Shown in pieces: positions 1 through 11,400 of a stretch of DNA of 64,000 nt. The DNA is taken from positions 372,001 through 436,000 of the forward strand of contig BQFW01000007.1 of the NCBI GenBank assembly GCA_020891255.1. The letters run 5' to 3'. Every line of letters starts with the position of its first letter. Positions within the stretch are counted from its first letter, which is position 1. This DNA comes from Entomortierella parvispora E1425 (taxonomy: Eukaryota > Fungi > Mortierellomycota). The position numbers and the translations under genes were made by a program. The notes under the pieces were generated by a model. That model saw only the letters and a list, made by a program, of their open reading frames with translations. It was not told the origin of the DNA and ran no database searches.

Positions 1-3000
1 AGCCATTACATCTGGCGAATCTTCATCTAATCCCAAATCACCGCGCTGGTCTAAATCGACACCTGTGCCAGCTGTGGTGCTGCTAGTCGGAGGTGGTCGG
101 AGGTGGCGAAGGTCAACCTGGATATTGCGCATTGACGTTACAGATCCTGTTGTTGATCCGCTGACTTGTTTCAACGCCATAATTCTCTCACGGATTAGAT
201 CAGGAACTTGACTCAGCAATGACCCCAATACATCCAACACCGCCTGCGCACGAATTTCCTGCTCATTAGAAAAGGTTGCTGCAAGATCAGCTGTGTGAAG
301 AGCGGATACATTTTTGATGGTGTTCGGAATGTTGGTTTCAGTTTTGTGCAGCATTTCCTGAAAACTCTTTGTGCAGTCCTCCATGGTCCTGTCAATCTGT
401 ATCTTCAACTGGTCAAGTCCTGTAGCTATCGTTGAGTTTGAAAGTCGAAACTCTGCTTCGAAGGCTGGAGCATTCTGTCGCAAACTGTCGGATTGAGGAG
501 GCGCGAGGGTAGACATATTTGCCACAAGTTGTTGTTTGAACACTGCAAACTCCGTACTTTTGAATACAGGGAGCTGGAAGATGTGGTGTTCACTGTACCG
601 GGCATTGTCGTCCTGAGTAGCTTGAAGTGCGGCTGCATCTTGAAGAAGTATTTTTCTTAAATGTACAAGGAGGATCAGAAACTTGAGACGTAGGACACCA
701 GATCGGTCGGACTCGTCTGGAATAGGCATACGAGTTGTAGTTGATCTGCCTTCAAACTCATTCTTGCCTTCCATGATGTTCCGAATCCAGTGAAGCCAGT
801 CAGAGTGGTAAGGGCCAATATAGTAATCTTCGACAAAAGGAAGATTTTCTGTTGGAGATAAACCGAGGGTATAACACAGTCTCGTTTCACCCAAGGAGCC
901 AGACCTGGCTGCACAGAGCCTGCCATTGCAAATGCAACACCCTTAGGAAGGGGATGTAGGTAATGAGTGGTGAAGCGACTTTGATCTCTGAACCATCCAC
1001 CATGCTGTTGGATGTCGGCTATCGTAGCGCTAGCATCGCGAACATGATTCAACCCTAAACCGCGAAAATAGTGCGTTGGCTGATTGGTCACAATTCCGGT
1101 TGCCTTGAAAAGTCGGGCCATTCCATCCAGATGAGCTGAAGGCGAGAGCTGTGTCGTCTTTTTGCCGGCGCCATGGACAAGATAATCCTCGTGCCAATCA
1201 TCCTCCATGAATTCTGGTGGCTCCCCGACTTCCTGGATAAACAAAACAAGGAAAAAAGCAAAGTCAGTAACCACAAACATAAAAGAAAAAAAAGCTTAAA
1301 GAATCACGTATGACTTACCGACCAAAGGTAAAAGAGATAAAATGCAAGTGAACCAATAGGGCAAAGGTTCACCTCAGTATTCCTCACCGTAACGCCATAG
1401 GTGCATCCACCTTTTCCTTGAGTCATAAGGAGTACGATTGCGAATGTACTTGGTCGAGGGCCTGTCGAACTACCTGTCCGGTTGGCAAACGAATGGATGT
1501 TGATGTGAGGTAACTTGGCAAATCGGATGTTCTCCTCTCCCATCATCATGATGTGTTTCCAGGAAATAAGTAGTCGCTCGCGGAGGCTGGTCAACTTTTG
1601 AGGAAGATTCCTACTCGGCTTTTCTCCCTGCTTCAAATAGCGATTCACCCAAGCAGCTCTCATCAGGTCCCTTAACTTTATCAGCTCATTCCCGTCTGCA
1701 TGGTTAATGGTTGTATACTTCTTAGAGTCGGTGCGCGGATCGCCCGCAACACGCGTTTTGAACGCACCGATGATCGCTGACAGGGCCCCTGAGCGCAAAT
1801 CCGGATCCCGGGTAATATCCAACACACCAGTAGTTCCTTGAGTAGTGCGAAGATCGTTCACCCCATTGACGTACTGACGGAGCGTAGAGACACTCGGTAA
1901 GATCCTGATCTTCCTCATCACTGCTTTGGAACGCCTGCCCGTGATAGTTTCTGACACTTGTATCCGGCTGGTAGCAAAGAAAGGTAGAATTGCCGCCGCA
2001 CGATCGCCGTCGCCATCATAGCCCTCCATGTGAGTACCCTCTCGCATATAGAGAATAAACTTGTTGTGGAAGACCCGAAAATCCACTTTCTTTGTTCCTG
2101 GAAGTCGATATTTCTTTCGTTTGCACCAACGCTAAAAACAATGCCAAAAGAACTATTAGAATCAAATTTCTATATGTGTTGACCTCATAAGCAGGTTACA
2201 TACCCTCCAGTGTCGATGAAACTGATCGTAAGCTGCTCTAGTACCAGGAGCATGCTGTTGGATTCGCAACTCTGCGGTCATTTTTACGGCTCGAGTAGCC
2301 TCATGCTCTAAACGAATGACATGTGTCTCCAACTCCGTGAGCTTAGCCCTGGCTGGTTCGGACACTCTGACCTTCTGCAAGTGCTGTTCCAGTTTGACAT
2401 AAAATTCCTGGTCCCACCTCACTCGTTCCACGTAATCGTCATATGCCTCCCCGGCCCATCTCTTCGGCGTCCCTGAGTCAGTCATCAAGCGTCCTTGATT
2501 GTCACCAAGTAGTTGGACATCAATACCATGCTCATCCTCGTCCTCAGTATCTCCTGTATCATCGACATGGAGCCGAGAAACTGTCGTTCGTAATGAAAGA
2601 CGTGATCTGGGAGCACATCTGAGTGAGGTGTGCTGATCCTTCCGAATTTTCCTTTTGAGTCGTTGAACGCGATCCGACTCTGGAGAGATGATGGCACTGT
2701 TGTCGTTTTCGGAATCGTCTTCTGCACTGGAGCTGTAGGAACTACTGGTATCCAACGTAGTGTCGTCCATTGGGAACTGTTCAAAATACCGCTCATAGAA
2801 AAAGTTGAGAGGATAGTTGGATTCATTCAGTTCTCGAGGCCCTGTCTCGTCCAATGGGTCAGTGGTTGCGGTCTCATCTCGAGGTGGACTGCCAGCACGT
2901 ATCCCATCCTCATATCCATAAAGACTGCCCTCAACATAAAACGGCTCCACTCGATCGGCCCCGAGAACAGAATAAAAATCTGTATGATTAGAACTATTGG

Positions 3001-3413
3001 CGTTGAGTATGATGTTGTTGTTATTGTTGCTGGCGTCGTTCGTGTCGTTCGTACTGTTCGCGTTATTTGTTGTGAGGTTAGTGCGAAGGTCGAAGTGGCT
3101 GGAGTTGCTGATATCGACAGTGTCTGTGTAAGTGTCTGCCTTATGTTTCCCGTTTCTGTTGCCAACCACGCCTATGATTAAAGTGAGTCCTTGGTAAATA
3201 AAATAGGTACGGACATTCCAGGTACAGGTACAATCAAATCTGTATCCATGTCCCATACTTACCTCGCGTTGTCCCGGTACCGCTCCCGACAATAGCAGAT
3301 TTTCTTGGTCGACCTCTCCCTCCCTTCACAGAGATAGGTCCTCCTACGGCAGAAGATTCTGTAAGGAGGGGTTCTGAGGTGACTGCCGATCCACTGCTAC
3401 TGCCACTGCCATT
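1..3413 (-). mobile_element. Crypton-type (NDC10_II / tyrosine recombinase) DNA transposase gene, defective; 3' end runs off the left window edge
   Basis: Manual splicing (introns 3262-3172, 2203-2132, 1318-1233; all GT..AG and in frame) joins YDQFHRHWR|RWCK, STLRQYVNGVNDL, GK..RN..CPIGSLAFYLF, THYFRG (HxxR), GGW..TTHYLHPLP and, after a 1-bp frameshift at 840, PFVEDY..FLILLVHLRKILLQDAAAL..HHIFQLPVF. These match CryptonF/Ndc10 domain II motifs. The frame stays open to position 1. Element termini not identified. Confidence 0.85.
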
Positions 3414-4120
3414 ACATGATCACATTATTACATTAATGAGATTAAGGAGATTAAGGAGAAGAGGATGAAGGGTGGAGTGAATGAGAGTATGTGTGTGTAT
3501 GTCTTAAAGACAAGAGCTAATGCGCAAAAGACATGCGATCATTAATGAGATGAAAGGTGCAGAGATTGTACAATTGTACATTTACTTCCTAAAAGTGGCA
3601 ACAGCTCGGACTTGGTCAGTGGTCTGGTCAGATCCCCCCCAAAGTCACAAAAGCATATCAGTTCATTTTTTACCCTTTTTTTTTATTTTTTTATTGGTTT
3701 GCTTGACAGGTTGTCGACCATCATGTATTGCAACGCCTGACCGCACAACAAGTCGAGTCTGCGGCCGTTTTCTGCATGTCGGACATGGGCCGCAGGTGAA
3801 GTGGTGAAGTAACCGTCGTCGATGCAAAATGAGTGCAGCGATCTTTTCAATGCCATATCTCATAATATTGTCATAACAAAGATAGGATTTCCTGCACTCC
3901 CTGAGAATGAGGACAGCAAGAATGAAAGCGAACATAGAAAGTGAGGGTCTAATTCGCCCACACCGCCTAGGCTCTGTGCGACCTGGACTGTCCTTGTGGT
4001 CTTTCGCCTTGCAAAAGTAAAAGACGGACGAGACGCGTCGCGCCCATTGTCACGTTGACAACCCCGCGGTTTAAACCCATAGCTCCCAAGGTAATTTCTT
4101 TCTTTCTTTACTTTATTTCT

Positions 4121-5332
4121 TTACAAGCCCTGTTCGATCGAGGTACTCATACTGCTGCCGTTACTAGAAACTACTCCGGCTAGACATTGCATCTGGGCGA
4201 CTAATCCCTGAACATGCAGCTTCTGATGGGTCTTCAGAAGCTCCAGCCTGTAATTTCTATAGGTCTCCAATTCTTCGTGCAGTGCCTTCACGACCTTTGA
4301 CCGGTCGAATTGGTAAAGATGGTAGTTGGTCTTTGTCGAAAGAAGATCCTTGGGCACACCGTTGTCTTGATACCTGACGTTCAGAGACCGAATGGTGTTG
4401 CGAGTCTCGGTTATAGCATTGTCCAGTAGTTTGATTTCGGCCAGTCTCTCCGTGCTAGCTTCATGCAACGCCACTGTCAGTGCCACCGACGCCGAGGAGA
4501 GGGGTCCGGAATCATCGTTATGGGCTTCAGAACTGTGATTGGGTGGATGAGAGCCCGACGCTGCTATGGCCGCGGTAGCGGTGGTTCTACTCTCGCGCTG
4601 TCGGTCTGTCGCGAAAAAAAGGCACAAGAAAAGTAACAAAAAGTGAAGTATGAGATACAAAGTTGCTGTTGATTTTAAATCTCAAAGTAGAGTAGAAGGC
4701 CTCTTACCGGCTTGAGCCTGAACGTTGATCCACTGCACTCTCATTGTTTGGCGTGCCTTCAGTAAGCGCTGGCGTTCCTTTGCAAGTCCTGAGAGACATT
4801 TTTGTGGACGTTGGTGGTAAAGCTCCATTGCATTCAGTTCTCTGAAGGTGGCCGCAGGCGTGATAGCAGACGATAGTACTGAGGCTTGCTCCGAGGTCAA
4901 AGTACTGATCTCGGACAGAAGACTGTTCACTTTGGTCAGATCTTGGTCGATTTCAAGCAAGAACTGCTCGCTCTGAGACAATTGAGAGGAACTGGAGGGT
5001 GGCATCTGGGGTGCAGATGCGGGCGCCAGCACAGGGGTAAGAGGAGGCAGTGGGTTGATTGGGGCAGCGGGAGGTCCTCTTCCTCCTAGACTCGACGTTG
5101 AGGCACTATCTCGTACACTTGATGGAGAAGACTCAGACAGGATGCTGGATGGACGCGAGGCTTGCGAGGCGCGCGTTCCGCCAGCAAGGTGGAACGCAAA
5201 CTCGCCATAGGCTGGCGGAGGATTCTGGTCAATGTTGTCTGTTGTCGTCCTCTGTTGGGTAGTTTGAGACGCCGAGATAGGCACGGGAAGTGGCCCACAT
5301 GAGGATGCGAGTGGTGACATGCGCGTGGCCAT
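4121..5332 (-). CDS. Hypothetical two-exon protein (Ser/Pro-rich N-terminus, two helical segments)
   Basis: ORFs 4682-5332 and 4121-4660 join in frame through a GTAAG..CAG intron at 4707-4606 (phase 1). No family recognised. Confidence 0.6.
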
Positions 5333-5716
5333 TATGAATGATCAAGGGGGAGAATGAGGAAGAATGAAAGAAAAGAGAAGGGAATCAAGAATGAGAGATG
5401 GGGCGTTGGTGGCAATAGAGCCTTATAGCCTATAGCGCCCAAAGAAGTCGACTCGCCCACGGGTCGACTTTTGGCTGTTGCGAAGTGTGAAGTGTGCGAT
5501 CAAAGTGTGCAATTGAACACAACACACGCTGCTCACTGTGAATGTGTCTCGGACTGGCTTTTGTGCAGCTGTCAGGAGAAGAAGAAGTCTTTGTCTTGAC
5601 TATCTTCTGTTTGCTGTGCTGTGCTTCATGGGTCCTATCCCCTGCAGAAACCAAGCTAGCCAGACAGACGCGAGACCTAGGATTGTTCTGTACTCTGCTG
5701 CCTCACCGTTGTTGAA

Positions 5717-5736
5717 GGGGGGGGGGGGGGGGGGGG
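5717..5736. repeat. poly(G) tract, 20 nt
   Basis: Read directly from the sequence. Confidence 0.95.
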
Positions 5737-6371
5737 CACGTAGGCAAGGTTCACGTTCATTCCTGGGAGGGAAAGCTCTTTCTTTTCTTTGCTGACATAC
5801 CGACAACAACAAAACGGCCACGATAACGATAGCAAAACCCTCCTTCACTTCACCCCCCCTTCTCTTTCTCTCTCTCGTCCTCTCGTCCTCTCCTCCGATC
5901 CGCCGCTTTGGACCCAACCCAAACCCTGGAAGCCTCGATTGCCCTTCGTGATTTGTTCCTCTGTCTCCTTTTGGTGAACGCTATTCTTGTCTTGTATTCT
6001 TGTCAAAAGAGACCGTGGGATGGATTCGGAGAGTGGTCTGCCATTGCGGTCCATGCGCTCCTCCACCTTCCTCTTTTCTTTGCTCACACCACCATCACCA
6101 TCTCGCTTGTCAAAGAGTGAGTGAGTGTGTTGTCCTCGGCAACTGGCCTTGACTAGACCCCTCCAAAAAACATTCAAATAGGGCCACCTATCTTCAGGAA
6201 GGACCTTCTCCCTCTCCTCTCCAGGCATTGCTCTTTTGTTTTCCTTCCTCTCTCTCTCTCGTCTCTTTCCACTTTTGTCCTCTCTCTCCACAAACCCCTT
6301 TGGTACGCCCAAAACCTTAAGAACCTTTTTTTTACTGTAGCATTCCTCATTCCATTCCCCCTCTGAGCATC

Positions 6372-8178
6372 ATGTCCCCCATGGACTCTCGAAAGCTCCC
6401 GGCCATGCCTCGCCCGACACTCTACAATGGCTTGGTGGCATGTTTGCTCTCGGTCGCTATTGGCTATGTGATTGGTTCACCCAACATCCCCGAGGCAGCG
6501 ATCCGCGGCAGCCCCGGTGGTGGTTGTGGTCCTGTCGAATACACTATTCAAGGCGGATTCCCCAACTGTCTTCAGTTCTCCGATCTCCTTTGGGTTAGTC
6601 CACTTTCATTTCTTTTTCTTTATTCTAATTTTTCATGCTAACGATTGTCATTTGGACGGGTTTTACCAGGGGTTTGCGATCGGATCGTTTTGTCTGGGTG
6701 CATGCATCGGCAGTCTGTCTGGTGCGACGATCCAGACCCGTCACGGTCGCAAGCGGACCATGGTCCTGTCGGATGCTCTCTTCATCTTTGGCTCGCTTGT
6801 GATCTCACTCTCCTACCAGCAAGCCCAGTTTATTATAGGCCGCATGGTGCTCGGATTTGCGTGCGGACTGGCCGGCGTAGTCACCCCTAGTTACCTCAAC
6901 GAGATCTCCACCGTCCGGTCCAGAGGCACCATGGGCACCTTTCATCAATTGTTCCTTGTGGTCGGACTCTTGATCTCAAACTTGGTAGGCTTAATCTGGA
7001 CGGATCCACCCGGGTGGAGGGTCACCCTGGCCATGAATGGCGTTCCTTCTGTTCTTCACTTGATGTTGATCAGGACCGTGGTCGAGAGTCCAAAATTTCT
7101 ACTCGCGAGGGGTCATATCGAGCAAGGGAGGCGCGTGCTCCAAAAATTGAGGGGTTCTGAACTCGATGTGGATATTGAGATCGAGTTCTCCGAGATGGTC
7201 AGAACGGCCTCAGGGGGTGATCCACAGATGGAGCCAATGACCGTGGTCGAGGCACATCGAGAACAATTGGTCCAACAACCCTTGGACCCCCAGGCGGACC
7301 TGGAGGGTGAGAAATTCAACAATAATCCACTGTTTGTGGTCGAGCGGGGCGATTCCGCGGCCACCATCGCTGTCGTTTCATCGACCCAAACATCTGCTGC
7401 AGGAAGGGCGATCCCAAAAACAGATTTTCAGGACAAGGAGAGGCAATCTCCTTGTAAGGACGATACGCAGGAGGCGTACACGATCATTACCCTTTTCAGG
7501 TCCGAGTGTCGATCTCTGGCCCTCGTTGGAATCTCTATTCACTTTTTGCAACAAGCGTCAGGGATCAACGGTCTGGTCTATTATTCGACTTCGTTTCTTT
7601 CCACTGTCTTTGGCAATGGTGAAAGCACGTCTCGTTTGATCACTCTCGGGGTCTCTTGCTGCAACATGGTGTGCACCCTCTTGGGTGTCTTTTTGATCAA
7701 CCGACTGCCCCGCAGGACGCTCTTGCTGCTCTCTATGGGCGGCATCTCTCTTTCGGCCTTGCTTTTGATCATTGGTGCCTACGCAAAAGTGGGCATCTTG
7801 GTTGTCGTCGCCGTCTTTCTCTACATTGCAACGTTCGCGATTGCTCTGGGCCCTATCCCCTGGATGCTGCTCTCCGAGATGTTGCCGACATATGCCCTGG
7901 ATGCTGGCTCGGCCGTGGCCACAGCCGTCAATTGGGGCACCAACTTTATCATTGGCCTCCTTTTCCCAACCTTGAGCAATGCTCTGGGCAATGCCACGTT
8001 CATTCTCTTTGGAGGGTTTACGGTCCTGGGCTTTTTTTATGTATTACGCTTTGTCCCCGAGACCCGGAACCGGTCTGTGGAGTCCGTGATGGCCTCAAAA
8101 GGCATCTCGATGCGCAATGCCGACAAGAACTGCTCGAGCACTGCGGCCGCCGTCGCTGCCGCCGCCATTCAGCACTAA
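6372..8178 (+). CDS. MFS sugar porter (GLUT/HXT-like hexose transporter)
   Basis: Exon 1 6372-6593, intron 6594-6669 (GTTAGT..CAG), exon 2 to 8178. Motifs RHGRK, YLNEIS..RG, ESPKFL, QQASGINGLVYYS, GPIPW..SE, PETRNRS; about 12 hydrophobic segments. Confidence 0.93.
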
Positions 8179-8432
8179 GTAAGGGCAATCCTCATCAAAC
8201 ATACAATTTGCATAGTCGGGAACACATGTCACTGCCACCTTCTCAGCCAACATCTCTACTCAAAGCACATCTCCACTCAAGCACATCTTCCGCACACCTG
8301 ATTAGAATGGTGAATTCACAAGTTATTTATTATCAAACCAAAATGCCGAAATGCAAAAAATGAAGTTTTTTTTTGTTGTTTTTTGATTGTTTTTGTTGTC
8401 GGATGTTCCTTTCAGCTGCGTTTTTTCTTCTT

Positions 8433-11400
8433 TTAAGCATCAATGGTCTCGGGCACCAAGGGCTGCATCACATCAAAGGCACCGGTACCTCCCTCTACCA
8501 CCTTACCCATGACCAGACGGGCCGAGGGCGACTCCAGACTATCGTAATCGCCGTGGAGAGTGGCCTGGGTCAAGAAGTGACAGGTACGCTCGAAGGACAT
8601 CTTCAAGAAGGGGGAGGTCGAAGACTCAATACCCATACGGTTGAAGGGCTTGAATCCACTCTCGAAGGTCTAAAATTGGGTAGATTGAAAAAAAAAGATA
8701 GGGGGAATGATGAGTATATACACATTCAAATAGAAAAACAAGACATAGCTGATATGAAATGGGGGTCCTTACCATATAATCGGCAATCAAGGTCAAGTGA
8801 CGACGATCGACATCGATACCATAGGCACCGAAGACTCCACTGATTTCTTGAATAATGGCCATACGGGCAGCCTCCACACCATACGTCCGCAAAATGGCGC
8901 CGATATCGTTGGAGTAGATCGAGTTGACATCAATCAAATCGGCATAGTCCCAGATACCCTTCAAGTTCACACCTTCGGTAGCAACCTGGGGAGTACCCTT
9001 CTCATCCTCCGACATGAAGACACGGTCAATACCCTTGATCTCGTGCAAGACACAGTTCGGTACCACGGCAGAGACCAAGTTCACCATCAACAACTTCTTG
9101 GTATCGGCAGGGAAGTGCATCTCAATCTCGCACCACGCTCCCTCCTCGCTGTCGAATCCGTAGCTCTTCACATAGGGGCAAGCAGCGCAGATACGCTCCT
9201 CGCGATCCTTGCGGCTTTCCTCTGCAACCTTGTCACGCTTCTCAGCGTTCTTTTGTGCACGCGCCAGACGCTTGCGCTTATCGGCCTCATCCTCAACCTC
9301 GTCCTCGCTATCGTCGCTAGCATCCGAATCCACATCGGAATCAGCATCCAACTCCTTCAAGGCCTTGTCGGCAGACTTGATCACCTTCTCATCATCCGAA
9401 TCGGGCTCATCGTAGGAAGCCTGCTGCTTGTGCTGCTTCGAGATCTTGGCAGAGGTAGCATCACCATCACCATCGTCGCTCTCATCGCCACCAGCATCAT
9501 GACGAGACACCTCAGCCTCATCATCACGCTCAGCATCGCCAGCAACAGTATCCTTGGCCTTGCTGGGCTTGCCAATCTCTTCCGACTCGGTCTTGGACTT
9601 GCGGTGGACACGACGGAGATCACGCAAGATAGCGGTCTCGAGCTTCTTGACAAACTGGTTCTCAATCACATCCTCGACATCCCTCGACGACACTCCGTAC
9701 TCGGACTTGTATTCATCCTCACGGAAAAGGTTCAAGCGGATGGCAAAGACCTTGTGACGCTTCTGGTTGGTGGCAGCAGACTTGGAGATCAAACGCTCAG
9801 TGACCTGGACGTTATCGATGAGCTGGGCGAGTGTCAGACGCGAGGTATCCTGGCAGAAAGACTGCAATTGGCTGTCAGTCACTCCCTTCTTGATGTTGAG
9901 CGTCATCGTGGGGGTCTTGAGCTTGGTCGAGGCCGTCATGACAATCTCACGAAGACGGGGAATACCCAAGGTAACGTTCTTGGCTCCGAATCCGGCGAAA
10001 TGGAAAGTGTTCAACGTCATCTGGGTCGAGGGCTCTCCGACACCCTGGGCGGCCAAAAGACCGACCGCCTCACCGGGCTCCACGAGCGAGTTCATGTAAC
10101 GGAGGTACATCATGGCCTTGAACTTCTTCTTGTCCAAGCCCTTGTAACGCTCAGCCATCTTGGTGGCTGGGCTATCCGCAGACTGGATAACACCATCGGG
10201 GTTCTTTTCCACATAGTCGGTCAACTTCTTCTCGAAAGCCTCGCTGACAGCTCCAACGTGGGAAGCGGGCGAGAACAAACTGAGGGTGGGGTCGTACTTT
10301 TGGGGCTTGCGGGCAACCTTCTTGTTATAGCTGAGGGCCTCGGTCTGATCCAAGAGGGGCAAGACCTGAGCGGGTCTATACTTGGCGATCAAGGCCAAAG
10401 AGTTCTCGGCACTGAACTTGAACTGGTTGATATGGGCCTGCTTGATGACATCCAAAGAATCCTCACCATAGTGGAACTGAAGAATGGAGCCATCAGAGTC
10501 GCGGACAGTCTGGTCATAGCCGACCTTAAGACCCTCCAAATGCTTGATCAAACATCTCTGCAAGTATCCGGAACGAGACGTCTTGACGGCGGTATCAATC
10601 AAACCTTCTCTTCCAGCCATGCAATGGAAGTAGTATTCTTGGGGACGGATTCCAGTTAAGAAACGACCAGCGATATAACCTCCAGCACGAGCAGATGAAT
10701 CGTAAGGAGCGAACGAAGGAAGAGACTTTCCAGAGACCATGATGGGGACACGGCGACCCTCCAATTCTTGCTGACCAAGGGCGCAGGAAATCTGGGTGAC
10801 GTTAACATAGGATCCCTTGGCACCAGACACAGTCATGGTCTGCATGTTGTTGTGGGGGAACTTCTTGAGCAATCCTCCGGGAATACAGGCGTTCTGGACC
10901 GAAGTGGTCAACTCGTTCACGGTCGACTTCATGGTAGCATCCAAACCAGCCAACTGTTCATCGGAACGCAACACAGTCTCGAGCTTGCCCTTGAACTCCT
11001 TCTGGAGCTTCTTGCTGCCCTTCAACTGCTCAACGGTGCACTCCATCTTGGCGTACTTGAGAGCAGCGACGGTACCAATCTCCTTGCCTCCAGCCTGGAG
11101 GTCGCGACGCCACTTGTCACCATCGGGGGTCAAGCGCAAATCATCCATACGACAGGTGAAAGCCCAACGCTGGGTCCAGCGAGTGAAAAGACGACCAAAG
11201 ATACTGAGCAACTTTCCGGCAATGTCACCTCCATAGATTTCGTAACAGCTGTGAACAAGACCAAAGGACTTGGCTCCGAACTGGGCCTTATCCAAGACAC
11301 CAGTAACGTGAACACCATCCATGATCTGAACAATGGACTCTTCCTCACCACCCTTGCCAAAGTACTGGGCCTTGACCTGGGCGCCAGCAGTCATGTTAAG

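Noticed and set aside
5430-6312. Short ORFs between the orphan gene and the sugar transporter
   Set aside because: Low-complexity promoter sequence with a poly(G) tract; no coding signal.
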